Positions 45,703 through 55,052 of a stretch of DNA of 55,481 nt are shown in pieces. The position numbers and the translations under genes are program-made. The stretch's first letter is position 1, and every line of letters starts with the position of its first letter. Source of the stretch: an uncultured Alphaproteobacteria bacterium. GTDB taxonomy: Bacteria > Pseudomonadota > Alphaproteobacteria > CAAHEQ01 > UBA3637. The notes below the pieces were generated by a model, which did no database searches, had not been told where the DNA came from, and saw nothing but the letters and a program-made list of their open reading frames with translations. The stretch is from NCBI GenBank assembly GCA_949282845.1, contig CASDQF010000036.1, positions 1-55,481 of the forward strand. The letters run 5' to 3'.

Positions 45703-46945
45703 TCTGATAAAAAATGGTTTTGTCACTGCTTTGGATATAGGTTCCACAAAGATTTGCTGCTTAATTGCTAAAGTTCTTTCGGACGGTTCTTTTCATATTA
45801 TCGGCAGCGGATATGCTCAAGCAAAAGGGATTAAAAACGGTGTTATTGTTCACTTAAATGATGCAACGGCATCCATTCAAGACGCTATCATGATGGCCGA
45901 AGAAAAAGCTGAACGACGTGTTGAATCTGTCATCGTTAATATTTCTTCGACACAATTAAAATCAACTTTTGCCAAAGCAGAAATAGAAATTGCAGATAAT
46001 AAACCTGTTTCCTCCAATGATGTTCGTAAGTTAATTGATTTAGCTTTACAAAAAGCTGAATTATCTGACCAAGAAATCATTCATCAACTTCCCCTTTCTT
46101 ATGACTTAGACGGACAAAACGATATAATAGAACCATCCGGACTTTACGGTAAAAAATTAAGTATCATTTTACATGTTATTTCCGTTCCCCTATCTCAAAT
46201 TAGAAATCTCACTCTTGCTCTTGAACGGTGTCATGTTTCTATTGATGCGAAAGTCGCAACACCTTATGCATCGGCACTGGCTGTTTTAAGTGAAGATGAA
46301 AAAGAAACCGGCGCGACATTGATTGATATCGGTGGAGGAAATGCCTCAATGGCTATTTTTTCCGGCGGATTTATTCGTTACGCAGCAGCTCTTCCTTTAG
46401 GAGGGCTTTTACTAACAAAAGATATTGCACAAGTGTTAAAGACGCCTTTACCTGACGCTGAGCGTGTTAAAACGCTTTACGGAAGCGCTTTTTTATCTCC
46501 TCAAGATGAAAAAGAAACCCTCAGCGTACCACTTATCGGAGAAACAGAAGAAGGAACTTTGACAACTTTACCACGTTCCTATTTGATTTCCATCATGGTT
46601 CCTCGTATTGAGGAGATGTTGGAATTAACAAACGGCTATTTAAAAAGTCAAGAAACAGATGATTATGCGACGCGTCGAATTGTCCTTTGCGGCGGATGTA
46701 GCCTTATTCCCGGTCTAAGAGAAAAAGCGAGTGCTATGTTAGAAGCTCAAGTTCGCCTTGGGAAGCCGCTTATGATAAAAGGCTTGCCTGATTTTATGCC
46801 AAGTACGACATTTTCAACAGCAACGGGGCTCTTGCGTTATGCAGCGAATCGGCGTATACATTCAGAAGATAAACGCATAAAACCAACAACCTCCTCAACC
46901 AATTTTATAAAAAGGGTAACAAAATGGCTGATGCAGAATTTTTAA
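45692..46945 (+). CDS. ftsA: cell division protein FtsA
   Basis: Actin-like ATPase motifs [21 protein letters not shown] and [10 protein letters not shown]. Confidence 0.95.
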   Translation: MMSNLIKNGFVTALDIGSTKICCLIAKVLSDGSFHIIGSGYAQAKGIKNGVIVHLNDATASIQDAIMMAEEKAERRVESVIVNISSTQLKSTFAKAEIEIADNKPVSSNDVRKLIDLALQKAELSDQEIIHQLPLSYDLDGQNDIIEPSGLYGKKLSIILHVISVPLSQIRNLTLALERCHVSIDAKVATPYASALAVLSEDEKETGATLIDIGGGNASMAIFSGGFIRYAAALPLGGLLLTKDIAQVLKTPLPDAERVKTLYGSAFLSPQDEKETLSVPLIGETEEGTLTTLPRSYLISIMVPRIEEMLELTNGYLKSQETDDYATRRIVLCGGCSLIPGLREKASAMLEAQVRLGKPLMIKGLPDFMPSTTFSTATGLLRYAANRRIHSEDKRIKPTTSSTNFIKRVTKWLMQNF

Positions 46946-48462
46946 AAACAGAAGCAGATACAGACTTAAAAATTGGACTACCGGAGCAAGGTCCTGAAAT
47001 TTTGCTAACCCCCAACATCGGCGTTATCGGCGTTGGCGGAGCCGGTGGAAATGCGGTTAATAACATGATTAGTTCTCATTTAGCCGGAGCCTCTTTTATT
47101 GTAGCAAATACAGATGCTCAAGTCATGTCTAAATCCCTCACACATGAACGGATACAATTAGGTTCTACACTTACACAAGGATTAGGAGCAGGCTCCAATC
47201 CGGAAATAGGAAAAGCTGCTGCAGAAGAAAGTGCTGACAAAATCAAAGAGGCTATTCAAGGTTTACACATGTTGTTTATTGCCGCCGGCATGGGAGGCGG
47301 AACAGGAACAGGAGCCTCCCCTGTTATTGCGCGCATTGCCAGAGAAATGGGGATTTTAACGGTTGGAGTTGTTACAAAACCTTTCCGTCTAGAAGGGTCT
47401 AAACGAATGCGCACAGCTGAAGCCGGTATTGAAGAGTTAGCTAAATATGTTGACACTCTGATTATCATTCCTAATCAAAATTTATTCCGCATTGCCAAAG
47501 AAAACACATCATTTGTCGATGCTTTCAAAATCGCAGACGATGTCCTATTCCAAGGTGTGAGAAGTATTACCGACTTAATGATGACACCCATGTTAGTCAA
47601 CTTAGATTTTGCAGACTTAAAAACAGTCATCTGCGAAATGGGAAAAGCAATGATGGGGGCAGGAGAAGCCGAGGGAGAAGGTCGAGCATTGGCAGCTGCT
47701 GAGAAAGCTATTTCAAATCCACTATTAGATGTTTCCATGAAAGGCGCCAAAGGTATTTTAATTAACATTTCCGGAGGCAAAGATTTAACCTTAATGGAAG
47801 TAGATGAAGCTGCTGAACGCATTCGCGAAGAAGTAGATGAAGATGCTAATATTATTTTCGGCGCCAGTTGTGATGAAAGCTTAGAAGGGAAAATCCGCGT
47901 TTCAGTCGTAGCAACCGGTTTATCCGGAGATATAAAATCAAAAGCACCTGAAACGGAAAAATTGTTAAAAGAAACACAAGAAATTGTTCAAATAACACCT
48001 CCGGTTTCAGAAATTATTGTTCCAAACCCAGATGCTTTAAGTACAACCCTTACTCAAGAAACAACTTTAGTAGATAAAGAAGATAATGTTGTTGCTTCTT
48101 TTTCATCAGAAACAACAATTACAAAACATGACGAAGGACAAACAATAGATAACATTTCCTTGGAAGAAACTTTTATCCCGGAACCCGCAGTTATGTCGAA
48201 GCCGGATGTGGAAGATTTAGAAGAAGAAACTGAAGAAGAATTTGTTCCTTCTTTGGATGATTTTAAAGATGAGCCTGTTGAAACAACACCAAAACGTTCT
48301 TTTTTAGGAGATGGTTTTCTACCGGGTATTTTTGGAGACAGAAGTTTTACAAAAGACAAAAAGCGAAACAAACACTTAAAAGAAGAAGGCGAACGGGAAT
48401 TGCCTAGAATCAATGAAGAAGATTTAGAAATTCCTTCTTTCCTCCGGCGAAAAAATGACTGA
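46924..48462 (+). CDS. ftsZ: cell division GTPase FtsZ
   Basis: [35 protein letters not shown], a long acidic linker, and the C-terminal peptide [10 protein letters not shown]. The ATG start overlaps ftsA by 22 nt. A downstream TTG start cannot be excluded. Confidence 0.95.
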   Translation: MADAEFLKTEADTDLKIGLPEQGPEILLTPNIGVIGVGGAGGNAVNNMISSHLAGASFIVANTDAQVMSKSLTHERIQLGSTLTQGLGAGSNPEIGKAAAEESADKIKEAIQGLHMLFIAAGMGGGTGTGASPVIARIAREMGILTVGVVTKPFRLEGSKRMRTAEAGIEELAKYVDTLIIIPNQNLFRIAKENTSFVDAFKIADDVLFQGVRSITDLMMTPMLVNLDFADLKTVICEMGKAMMGAGEAEGEGRALAAAEKAISNPLLDVSMKGAKGILINISGGKDLTLMEVDEAAERIREEVDEDANIIFGASCDESLEGKIRVSVVATGLSGDIKSKAPETEKLLKETQEIVQITPPVSEIIVPNPDALSTTLTQETTLVDKEDNVVASFSSETTITKHDEGQTIDNISLEETFIPEPAVMSKPDVEDLEEETEEEFVPSLDDFKDEPVETTPKRSFLGDGFLPGIFGDRSFTKDKKRNKHLKEEGERELPRINEEDLEIPSFLRRKND

Positions 48463-49711
48463 TTCACTTCTTTCTCGAAAAGCAGCTCTCCGAATTTTAG
48501 AACAAACAGCTCGACAAGGGAAAAGCTTAGAAGATGTTTTTGAAAGAGAAGCTCAAGCATTAGATAGTCGAGATAAAGCTTTTATTCGTATGTTAACATC
48601 AACGACTTTTCGTCGTTTAGGACAAATTGATAATTTGCTATCAAGTTTATTAAAAAAACCGCTTCCTAGTCGAGCTCAAAAAGCACAGGATATTTTAAGA
48701 CTTGGTATCACACAACTCTTATTTATGGAAACACCGTCACACGCTGCCGTATCCACTTCGGTCGAATTGGCTCGCCAAACAGGAGAAGATTTTTATGTTC
48801 CCCTCATCAATGCATTGCTCAGAGAATTAACGCGTCGCGGAGAGAGCCTTTTAAAAATGCAAGATGCAGTTTTACTCAACACACCTTCTTTTCTCTGGAA
48901 TAGTTGGGTAAAATCTTATGGACAAGACAAAGCTCGCGCCATTGCAGCAGCCAACATGACAGAACCGGCCGTTGATATTTCTGTCAAAGAAAATCCAGCC
49001 TATTGGGCGAAGCAATTAAATGGAGAATTATTACCAACCGGATCTGTTCGTCTTGCTCCTAATAGTTATATTCCGGAACTTCCCGGCTTTCAAGAAGGAG
49101 CCTGGTGGGTCCAAGATGCCGCGGCTGCTTTAGCTGTTCGATTAATGGGTACTGTAAAAGGATTAAAAGTCGCAGATTTATGTTCAGCTCCGGGTGGAAA
49201 AACGGTCGGGCTCCTTAATGCCGGAGCTTTAGTGGATGCTTATGACATCTCAGCAAAAAGATTACAACGAGTTCAAGAAAATCTAAAACGACTCAACTTA
49301 TCTGCAACTTTAATTGCAAAAAATGCTAATGAAATAGAAGGTAAAGAAATTTATGATAAAATTTTAATCGATGCCCCTTGTTCTGCCACAGGAACATTAC
49401 GAAGACATCCGGATATTATTGTTCATCGAACAGCTCAGGATATTGAACGCTTACAAATCGCTCAAGAAAACTTGTTAAAAACAGCTCATCGTCTGGTGAA
49501 AAAAAACGGAATTGTTGTTTATTGTACTTGTTCCTTGCAACAAGAAGAAGGAGAAGATGTTATTGATAAGTGTGCTTTCTTATTTGATAGAGTTCCCATC
49601 ACCGATTCGCTTTTACATCCCTATTTGACAATCTACGGAGACATCAGAACCTTCCCGATGGACGGAACAGATGGCTTTTTTATGGCAAAATTAAAGAAAA
49701 AAGGAGATTAA
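48455..49711 (+). CDS. rsmB: 16S rRNA (cytosine967-C5)-methyltransferase RsmB/Sun
   Basis: NusB-like N-domain, [38 protein letters not shown]. The start overlaps the ftsZ stop (ATGACTGA). Confidence 0.9.
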   Translation: MTDSLLSRKAALRILEQTARQGKSLEDVFEREAQALDSRDKAFIRMLTSTTFRRLGQIDNLLSSLLKKPLPSRAQKAQDILRLGITQLLFMETPSHAAVSTSVELARQTGEDFYVPLINALLRELTRRGESLLKMQDAVLLNTPSFLWNSWVKSYGQDKARAIAAANMTEPAVDISVKENPAYWAKQLNGELLPTGSVRLAPNSYIPELPGFQEGAWWVQDAAAALAVRLMGTVKGLKVADLCSAPGGKTVGLLNAGALVDAYDISAKRLQRVQENLKRLNLSATLIAKNANEIEGKEIYDKILIDAPCSATGTLRRHPDIIVHRTAQDIERLQIAQENLLKTAHRLVKKNGIVVYCTCSLQQEEGEDVIDKCAFLFDRVPITDSLLHPYLTIYGDIRTFPMDGTDGFFMAKLKKKGD

Positions 49712-49712
49712 T

Positions 49713-50294
49713 ATGCCGAAAACAATTGCTTTTTTATTCTCGGGGAAAATTGAAAGTCCAACAAATTTAGCTCTTTTAACTGGAATGGATGCCTTAGATA
49801 AGTCTCAATATACTCCTATCGCATTTGTCGAAGATATAAATGGAAACTTTGCAAAAAAAATACAAAAGCAGAAACTCACTCTTGTCCCTTTTCAGCTAAA
49901 ATGTCCTGTTGATCCCAAAGCTTCTCGCCTCAAAGGAGCCTGGCAAACATTCCGTAATTCTTTAATGGTTTTAATGTTGGTAAAACGTTATCAAATTGAT
50001 TGCGTTGTTTCGGCAGAAATGGGATTAACTTTAGCTTTCTCTCCGGGGGTTTATGCCGCTCATAAAAAAATCATTTGGATGCAAGAATCTTTATGGGAAG
50101 ATTATCCAATCGCAGAACTCTGGTCTGGATACATGGGAGGATTATTTGTCAGTTCAGAAAAAGTATTAAAATCGCTTCCACCCTCGCTACAATATCATGC
50201 AAAGATTTTAGAACCTCCTTCCTTTGAAGAGGCTCTTAAAAAGAAAAAAATTGCAAAAAATTACATAGAAACACTTTTTAAAGATTGCAATTAA
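49713..50294 (+). CDS. hypothetical protein, faintly like the N-terminal half of a GT-B (GT4-type) glycosyltransferase
   Basis: 193-aa ORF starting 2 nt after rsmB. The pattern KTIAFLFSG...DCVVS...HKKIIWMQES resembles a Glyco_trans_4 N-domain, but no catalytic C-domain follows. Confidence 0.35.
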   Translation: MPKTIAFLFSGKIESPTNLALLTGMDALDKSQYTPIAFVEDINGNFAKKIQKQKLTLVPFQLKCPVDPKASRLKGAWQTFRNSLMVLMLVKRYQIDCVVSAEMGLTLAFSPGVYAAHKKIIWMQESLWEDYPIAELWSGYMGGLFVSSEKVLKSLPPSLQYHAKILEPPSFEEALKKKKIAKNYIETLFKDCN

Positions 50295-50347
50295 AATTCT
50301 TTCGTTGTAAAACTAAAAATAGTTAGGCAATCACAAAGGAGAAATAA

Positions 50348-50866
50348 ATGAAAAAAACTTTTTTAGCGATATTGGCCGGTATGATTCTGTTTTCCAGTCC
50401 TGTTTTAGCACAAACGAATAAACGCTTGGAAATGCTTGGAACGTTTGGTTCTTGGACTGCATACAAAATGGATGAAAAAGACGGTAAGTTATGTTATATG
50501 GCTTCCGTTCCTCAAAAGTCAGAAGGAAAATACAAACGCCGCGGAGATGTTGTGTTAATCGTAGCTCACCGTCCAAATGAAAAAACATGGGACGTTGTTA
50601 GTTTAACTGCCGGTTATACTTATAAAAAAGATTCTTCTGCGTCCATTAAGATTGATAACCAAAAAGCGATTAGTTTATTCACGCATGAAGATACGGCTTG
50701 GGCAAATTCTTCCAAAGCCGACTCACAATTGGTCCGTATGATGAAAGCGGGGAATAAAGCTGTTATTCAAGGAAAATCATCCCTGGGTACTTTAACAACT
50801 GACACGTTCTCTTTATCAGGCTTTACAAAAGCATACAACGCCATCAGCAAAGCTTGCGGTAAATAA
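50348..50866 (+). CDS. invasion-associated locus B (IalB) family periplasmic protein
   Basis: Signal peptide ...SSPVLA|QT. The pattern FGSWTAYKMDEKDGKLCYM.. and a size of about 170 aa. The position just upstream of rlmN is common in Alphaproteobacteria. Confidence 0.7.
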   Translation: MKKTFLAILAGMILFSSPVLAQTNKRLEMLGTFGSWTAYKMDEKDGKLCYMASVPQKSEGKYKRRGDVVLIVAHRPNEKTWDVVSLTAGYTYKKDSSASIKIDNQKAISLFTHEDTAWANSSKADSQLVRMMKAGNKAVIQGKSSLGTLTTDTFSLSGFTKAYNAISKACGK

Positions 50867-50869
50867 TAA

Positions 50870-51934
50870 ATGAAAGATTTAGTGGGCTTGTCCCGCGAAG
50901 CGCTTCTGACCGAAGTCACAGCTTTAGGTGAGAAGCCTTTTCGCGTTAAGCAATTGTGGCAATGGATTTATAACAAAGGCGTAACTGATTTTACGCAGAT
51001 GACAAATATTGCCAAACCTTCACAAAAACGATTAGCGGAAAATTATTTTATTTCAAGACCTCAAATCGTCACAGAAAAAAACTCAACGGATAAAACACGC
51101 AAATGGCTTTTCCGCTTCGCAGACGGAAAAGAAGTCGAAACCGTTTATATTCCAGAAGAAGATCGTGGAGCAGTTTGTCTATCCACCCAAGTGGGCTGTC
51201 AAATGGGATGCCGCTTCTGTCACACAGGGACACAAGGCTTTACGCGCAATTTAACTGCCGGCGAAATCGTCGGCCAATTTATGGCCGCGCGAGACAGTTA
51301 TGGTGAATGGCCCTCCCCCACGGATGAAACGCGTTTTTTATCAAATGTTGTCGTCATGGGCATGGGCGAACCGCTTATGAATTACGATAATTTAGTAACG
51401 GCGATGCGAATCTTAATGGACGGAGAAGGAATTGCTTTATCTAAACGTCGAATAACCGTTTCAACCTCTGGCATTGCTGATAAAATTCCGAACTTAGCAA
51501 CGGATTTAGGGGTAAAACTAGCTGTCAGCTTACATGCTCCGACTGATGACATTCGAAATCAAATCATGCCCATTAACCGACGTTTCCCTTTAAAAGATTT
51601 AATGGAAGCGTGTAAAGAATATCAACAAAAATTAGAGCATCGTCAATATATTACAATGGAATACGTTATGTTGAAAGATGTTAACGACTCGATTGAGCAA
51701 GCTCACCAATTGATTGATTTGGTTAAGGGATTGGAAGTAAAATTTAATCTGATTCCTTTTAATCCCTGGGACGGTTGCCCTTACGAATCTTCTTCTAACA
51801 ATGCCATCCGCCGCTTTCAAAAAGTTTTAGAAGAGGCTTGGTTCCCTGCGCCGATTCGCGTTTCCAGAGGTCAAGATATCATGGCAGCCTGTGGTCAACT
51901 TAAGTCCGTTTTCCATAAAGAACAAAAGAAATAA
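50870..51934 (+). CDS. rlmN: 23S rRNA/tRNA adenine-C2 methyltransferase (radical SAM)
   Basis: FRVKQLWQWIY, CLSTQVGCQMGCRFCHTG, GMGEPL, ITVSTSG, SLHA, AACGQL. Confidence 0.96.
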   Translation: MKDLVGLSREALLTEVTALGEKPFRVKQLWQWIYNKGVTDFTQMTNIAKPSQKRLAENYFISRPQIVTEKNSTDKTRKWLFRFADGKEVETVYIPEEDRGAVCLSTQVGCQMGCRFCHTGTQGFTRNLTAGEIVGQFMAARDSYGEWPSPTDETRFLSNVVVMGMGEPLMNYDNLVTAMRILMDGEGIALSKRRITVSTSGIADKIPNLATDLGVKLAVSLHAPTDDIRNQIMPINRRFPLKDLMEACKEYQQKLEHRQYITMEYVMLKDVNDSIEQAHQLIDLVKGLEVKFNLIPFNPWDGCPYESSSNNAIRRFQKVLEEAWFPAPIRVSRGQDIMAACGQLKSVFHKEQKK

Positions 51935-51948
51935 GCTATTTTTACATG

Positions 51949-51973
51949 AAAAGGTATGCATTTTTTACCTTTT
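51949..51973 (+). terminator. weak AT-rich hairpin terminator after rlmN
   Basis: aaaaggta / tacctttt with a 9-nt loop, followed by att. Confidence 0.4.
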
Positions 51974-52115
51974 ATTAAGAGATTATATCGTATCTTGTCT
52001 CTCAAGAGAAGAAATTGCCCACGGGCAGTTGAATTTTCTTGTCTTCCAAAATTAGTTATGCTAGTTTTGGAATTGGTTAATTAACCTATAACTTATAAGA
52101 AAAGGATTTTTAAAA

Positions 52116-52520
52116 ATGAAAAATATTCAACAAGGTCGTTCTATGATTGAAATGCTCGGCGTTTTAGCCATTATCGGTGTTTTGTCCATCGGTGGCTTGG
52201 CCGGTTACACAATGGCGATGAACCGCCACAGAGCAAATCAAATCTTGGACTATGTCTCTCGTGCTGTTGTGATTGCTCAAACAAAAGGTGATGGTGCACA
52301 AGCTATTAATGATACTTGCCAAAACATTTTGGATGGTGAAGCAGTTCCTGTCTCCGGTATGTCTTGCCAAGTAAATCGTACAGCTGGTATCGATAATAAC
52401 ACAACCGTAGCTGTTGGTGGCGTTAATGCACGTATTGCAGCTGCTTTAGCAAACCGCTCCGGCAACCAAGTAACGATTGCTTCTACTTCAAATGGTGCTG
52501 ATTTCACATTCATGAACTAA
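52116..52520 (+). CDS. prepilin-type N-terminal domain pilin-like protein (134 aa)
   Basis: MKNIQQG|RSMIEMLGVLAIIGVLSIGGLAGY has Glu at +5 and a hydrophobic helix. Two Cys (DTCQ...MSCQ). C-terminal block RIAAALANRSGNQVTIASTSN. Confidence 0.75.
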   Translation: MKNIQQGRSMIEMLGVLAIIGVLSIGGLAGYTMAMNRHRANQILDYVSRAVVIAQTKGDGAQAINDTCQNILDGEAVPVSGMSCQVNRTAGIDNNTTVAVGGVNARIAAALANRSGNQVTIASTSNGADFTFMN

Positions 52521-52542
52521 TTTTCTGAAAGGATTTTTAAAA

Positions 52543-52950
52543 ATGAAAAATACTCAACAAGGTCGTTCCATGATTGAAATGCTTGGTGTTTTAGCCATTA
52601 TCGGTGTTTTGTCCATCGGTGGCTTGGCCGGTTACACAATGGCGATGAACCGTCACAGAGCAAATCAAATCTTGGACTATGTCTCTCGTGCTGTTGTTAT
52701 TGCTCAAACAAAGGGCGATGGAACACAAACAATTTCAAATGAGAATTGCGATGACATTTTGGATGGCGAAGATGTTCCAGTCTCCGGTATGGGTTGCACA
52801 GTAAATAAAGCAACAGGTTATGCAAATATCACTGTTTCTGTAACAAATGTTAACAGCCGTATTGCAGCTGCTTTAGCAAATCGTTCCGGTAACCAAGTAA
52901 CGATTACATCTACTTCAAACAGTGCTGCTTTCACTTTTGCAAGTTCATAG
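52543..52950 (+). CDS. prepilin-type N-terminal domain pilin-like protein (135 aa), paralog of 52116
   Basis: MKNTQQG|RSMIEMLGVLAIIGVLSIGGLAGY. The first roughly 59 aa match the upstream copy except one residue. Divergent middle and a conserved C-terminal block. Confidence 0.75.
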   Translation: MKNTQQGRSMIEMLGVLAIIGVLSIGGLAGYTMAMNRHRANQILDYVSRAVVIAQTKGDGTQTISNENCDDILDGEDVPVSGMGCTVNKATGYANITVSVTNVNSRIAAALANRSGNQVTITSTSNSAAFTFASS

Positions 52951-52970
52951 TTTGCAAAATGAGAAAAAAA

Positions 52971-52997
52971 CGCTCCGAGGTATCGGAGCGTTTTTTT
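52971..52997 (+). terminator. rho-independent terminator after the pilin pair
   Basis: cgctccga / tcggagcg with loop ggta, followed by T7. Confidence 0.85.
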
Positions 52998-53068
52998 ATA
53001 TCTTTTTATGAACGAAATATTGACGCTTTTCTTCATTTTTCCTATGATAAAAAGAAAAAAGGAAAATA

Positions 53069-54121
53069 ATGAACACAGCTTTAGATCTTCTTAACAAAGG
53101 CGTTGAATACGCGCAAAATAAAAATTACATTCAAGCGGAAAAATGTTTCCGTCAATCCCTAGAACTGGATCCGAATAATCCTGTTACTATTCGAAATCTT
53201 GGAAATGCCTGCGCGGCGGATGGCCGAATGACGGAAGGGCTTGTCTATCTGACACAATACTTGGATATGAGACCTGACGACTTAGAAACCATGGGACATG
53301 TCCTTTACTTAAAGTATAATTACTGCATTTGGAATGGATTAGAAAGAATGCAGGAACGCCTTAAAAAAGGATTACAAGAACATACTCTGCAATCCGAACC
53401 TAAACTTTTATTTTTGGGAATGACTTTCGAAGAACGCTATCACTATATGACGAAGCTAGCCGCAGAGAACAAAAAACTTTCTCTTTTGCGCAAAGAAAAA
53501 CCTTTCTCATTACCAACTTATCAACACGACAAGTTAAAAGTCGGTTTTTTCACAACAGATATAGGACCTTCTCCTTGTGGTTTTGTCATTGCCAGTTTAT
53601 GGGAAAACTTATCTCACGATGATTTTGAATGGCATTGTTTTTCTTGCCGAAAACTTTCCGATAAGCCTGAAGATGCTCCCTTAATAAAGCGGCACAAGGC
53701 GGCTTTTGATTTTTTCCATGACGTCTCGAATATAAAAGACTTCCGCATGATGGCTGATACCATAGCAAAAGAAGAAATTGATATTTTAATTGATGTCAAT
53801 ATGCTTATCAATTCAATGTATCCGGCTTTATATTACAAGCCTGCACCGATTATCGTAAATTATTTAGGCTATCCTTCGACAACAGGCTTGCCTTGGTATG
53901 ATTATATGATTGCAGATGCTTGGACCGTTCCTTCAGAAAAAGAACGTTGGTTTACAGAAAAAATTATTCGTATGCCTCATTGTTATCATTGTGTTGACAC
54001 AAACCCTGAAACTTATCCAGGGCTTGCACCTAAATCAATCCTAGGACTTCCAGAAAAAGGAACTATTTTTGCCTGTTTAAAATTACACCTCACTATTGGG
54101 ATATGTGGATGCGCATTTTAA
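53069..54121 (+). CDS. TPR plus N-terminal part of a GT41 (OGT/SPINDLY-like) glycosyltransferase, 5' segment of a frameshifted gene
   Basis: TPR-like N-terminus (AEKCFRQSLELDPNNP...). KLKVGFFTTDIGPSPCGFV and PAPIIVNYLGYPSTTGLPWYDYMIADAWTVP parallel the OGT motifs RVGYVSSDFGNHPTSHL and PAPIQ..WLGYPGT.G....DY.I.D. The frame drifts into non-homologous sequence after ...GTIFACL at about 54079. Confidence 0.75.
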   Translation: MNTALDLLNKGVEYAQNKNYIQAEKCFRQSLELDPNNPVTIRNLGNACAADGRMTEGLVYLTQYLDMRPDDLETMGHVLYLKYNYCIWNGLERMQERLKKGLQEHTLQSEPKLLFLGMTFEERYHYMTKLAAENKKLSLLRKEKPFSLPTYQHDKLKVGFFTTDIGPSPCGFVIASLWENLSHDDFEWHCFSCRKLSDKPEDAPLIKRHKAAFDFFHDVSNIKDFRMMADTIAKEEIDILIDVNMLINSMYPALYYKPAPIIVNYLGYPSTTGLPWYDYMIADAWTVPSEKERWFTEKIIRMPHCYHCVDTNPETYPGLAPKSILGLPEKGTIFACLKLHLTIGICGCAF

Positions 54122-54621
54122 AGGCTGTTCCTGACAGTATCCTTTGGTTACGTTCTTTTAATTTTGAAACTGATGAAAAATTTAAAGAAGAAGCTAAAAA
54201 ACGGGATGTTAATCCCAACAGAATTATTGTATTGCCTAAAATGCCAACTCATGCAGACTTTCTGTATTGCTTCAAAAACGCTGATTTATTTTTGGATACA
54301 GAAATGTACAATGCGCATTCAACTGCTTTAGAAAGTCTTTTCTGTGGTGTCCCCCTTATTACTTGTCCAGGAGACTCTTATGCCTCACGCGTTTCATCCA
54401 GTATGCTGCATGCCTTCGGATTAGATGAAATGATTTGTAAGACAGAAGATGAATATGAAAAAAAAGCAATTGAACTTGGTCTTAATACAGAAAAGCTCAA
54501 TTGTCTTAAAGCAAAAACCGTTTCGTTAATGACACAAAATAATCCACTGTTTGATATGAAATCTTATGCACGAGATTTTGAAAAGCTTTTACGACAAATC
54601 GCACCCGCAAAGAATTCTTAA
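54103..54621 (+). CDS. C-terminal part of the same GT41 glycosyltransferase, 3' segment in the -1 frame
   Basis: The frame is open from about 54077 and reads KITPHYWDMWMRILKAVPDSILWL...NRIIVLPKMP...ADLFLDT..YNAHSTALESLFCGVPLIT.PGDSYASRV. This parallels OGT YKIDP....W..IL..VP.SVLWLL...RIIF.P....ADV.LDT...NGHTT..D.LW.G.P.VT..G..LASRV. Confidence 0.75.
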   Translation: MWMRILKAVPDSILWLRSFNFETDEKFKEEAKKRDVNPNRIIVLPKMPTHADFLYCFKNADLFLDTEMYNAHSTALESLFCGVPLITCPGDSYASRVSSSMLHAFGLDEMICKTEDEYEKKAIELGLNTEKLNCLKAKTVSLMTQNNPLFDMKSYARDFEKLLRQIAPAKNS

Positions 54622-54625
54622 AAGA

Positions 54626-55039
54626 CTAAATCGAAAAATTTGGAGGAACCATCAAAGATGGTTTATCCAATAAATATTTAAAAAAATCTATTCGATCTTG
54701 CACCTGTGCACGTCCGACATCTGAGTGCATTCGTGTTAGCTCTTGTTCTGCATTTTCTAAACGCATATGAATTTTATTTTTATCCATTTCATCAGCATCG
54801 ACGCCCCAAGCTAAGACCGAACAAATATTTCTTCTAATCTCTGCAACACCTGTTGAAATCAAATAACATTTAGGACGACTTCCTTTATTATAGACCCACA
54901 TAGCACCATTTTGCGTCACCGTAAACAACGGGGCTCTGTTCATTAAAACCATTAAATTTCCTTCCCAAGTCGGCAATAAAACCTTATCTGCCACCCCATC
55001 TAGAACGGTATGTGTCGGAGAAATAATATGAACATTCAT
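54626..55039 (-). CDS. atpC: F0F1 ATP synthase epsilon subunit
   Basis: MNVHIISPTHTVLDGVADKVLLPTWEGNLMVLMNRAPL is the typical epsilon N-domain, followed by a C-terminal helical hairpin. Start chosen 13 nt after the atpD stop with a GAAGGGA RBS. The ORF's longer start at 55084 would overlap atpD. Confidence 0.88.
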   Translation of the reverse strand: MNVHIISPTHTVLDGVADKVLLPTWEGNLMVLMNRAPLFTVTQNGAMWVYNKGSRPKCYLISTGVAEIRRNICSVLAWGVDADEMDKNKIHMRLENAEQELTRMHSDVGRAQVQDRIDFFKYLLDKPSLMVPPNFSI

Positions 55040-55052
55040 TTTCCCTTCAACT

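Larger units (their letters stand above)
52098..52950 (+). repeat. tandem duplication of a pilin-like gene unit including its RBS region
   Basis: aaaggatttttaaaaatgaaaaata occurs at 52101 and 52528. About the first 190 nt of both CDSs are near-identical, the centres diverge, and the last roughly 90 nt are again similar. Confidence 0.75.

Noticed and set aside
52000-52115. Sigma-54 (TGGCAC-N5-TTGC) promoter upstream of the pilin genes
   Set aside because: No match to the -24/-12 elements was found by eye. Only TTTTGGAATTGG-like fragments are present, with the wrong spacing.
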